A stretch of 64,000 nucleotides of DNA from Octopus bimaculoides. Lineage: Eukaryota. Numbering within the stretch: the stretch's first letter is position 1; every line of letters starts with the position of its first letter. The stretch lies in assembly GCF_001194135.2 (NCBI RefSeq), contig NC_068995.1, positions 5,726,571-5,790,570 of the forward strand, given 5' to 3'. This document shows, in pieces, positions 63,444 through 64,000 of this stretch. A program made the position numbers and the translations under genes. The notes beneath the pieces are model-generated. The model ran no database searches, was not told where the DNA came from, and saw nothing but the letters and a program-made list of their open reading frames with translations.

Positions 63444-63949
63444 CAGGCAGATAGATAGATAGAGAGATAGATAGATACAATGGTAGATAGACATGAACGT
63501 TCTAGATGAGAACGCAACGTCAGTGTGTGCTACTACGTGAGAATGTGTGCGTGTGTCTGTGCTAGTTTTCAATAAGCGGGATATCGAAATAATATCAACT
63601 GCTACGGACTGAAAATAGGTAGAGTCTATATCTTCTACGATCCATTCAGCCCAAAATAAATCAGTGGAAAATATCTCAAACATATCCGATAACACTTGTG
63701 GTCGATGCAGGATTTTTAAAGTAATATATTTCTTTTTATAGCAGCAGATTGGCGATTCTAACTACGTCATCGCGATTCTCTAAAAACGACCATGCACTGC
63801 AGTACAGAGTTGTAGAGTACATACATATCCCGAGAAATATATGCACATTGCTTGTATGCATCTATGTATGTATGTGCATGTATGTGAATTTAAACATACA
63901 TATAAATACTTATATATTTACACATGTATATATAAATGAAATATATGTG

Positions 63950-64000
<51 letters not shown>
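63950..64000. repeat. (TA)n microsatellite
   Basis: TA run to the window end; representative of dozens of TA and CA runs in the window. Confidence 0.97.

Noticed and set aside
63387-63695. ORF containing DLFWAEW, reminiscent of a YWTD repeat
   Set aside because: Single short match, ORF ends in (GATA)n repeat, no repeat periodicity or splice support.

Overview
AT-rich, microsatellite-saturated animal DNA with 18 assembly gaps (about 4.7 kb of N by hand tally). The SINE families and the TA/CA/GA/GATA repeat load look like an octopus (coleoid cephalopod) intron or intergenic region; this is inferred from remembered repeat families, not a database match. I find no convincing intact protein-coding gene: nearly all ORF-track entries are microsatellite, N-gap or transposon read-through. 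Supportable content: (i) about 30 copies or fragments of five tRNA-derived SINE types, labelled A-E here, which share modules, form head-to-tail arrays and include a dimer inside one 14-bp TSD; (ii) decayed LINEs of the RTE-like and R4/Dong-like (restriction-like endonuclease) types; (iii) two mariner relics and one Tc1 relic; (iv) a 148-bp palindromic MITE-like element. The most interesting non-transposon signal is at 10.3-11.8 kb: a candidate minus-strand promoter and non-coding first exon, a well-formed 117-nt intron, a 15-nt microexon and a perfect 14-bp hairpin. Also notable is a two-piece templated insertion at 2099-2261. All family assignments are by eye and need alignment. I did not find a clearly new biological system.
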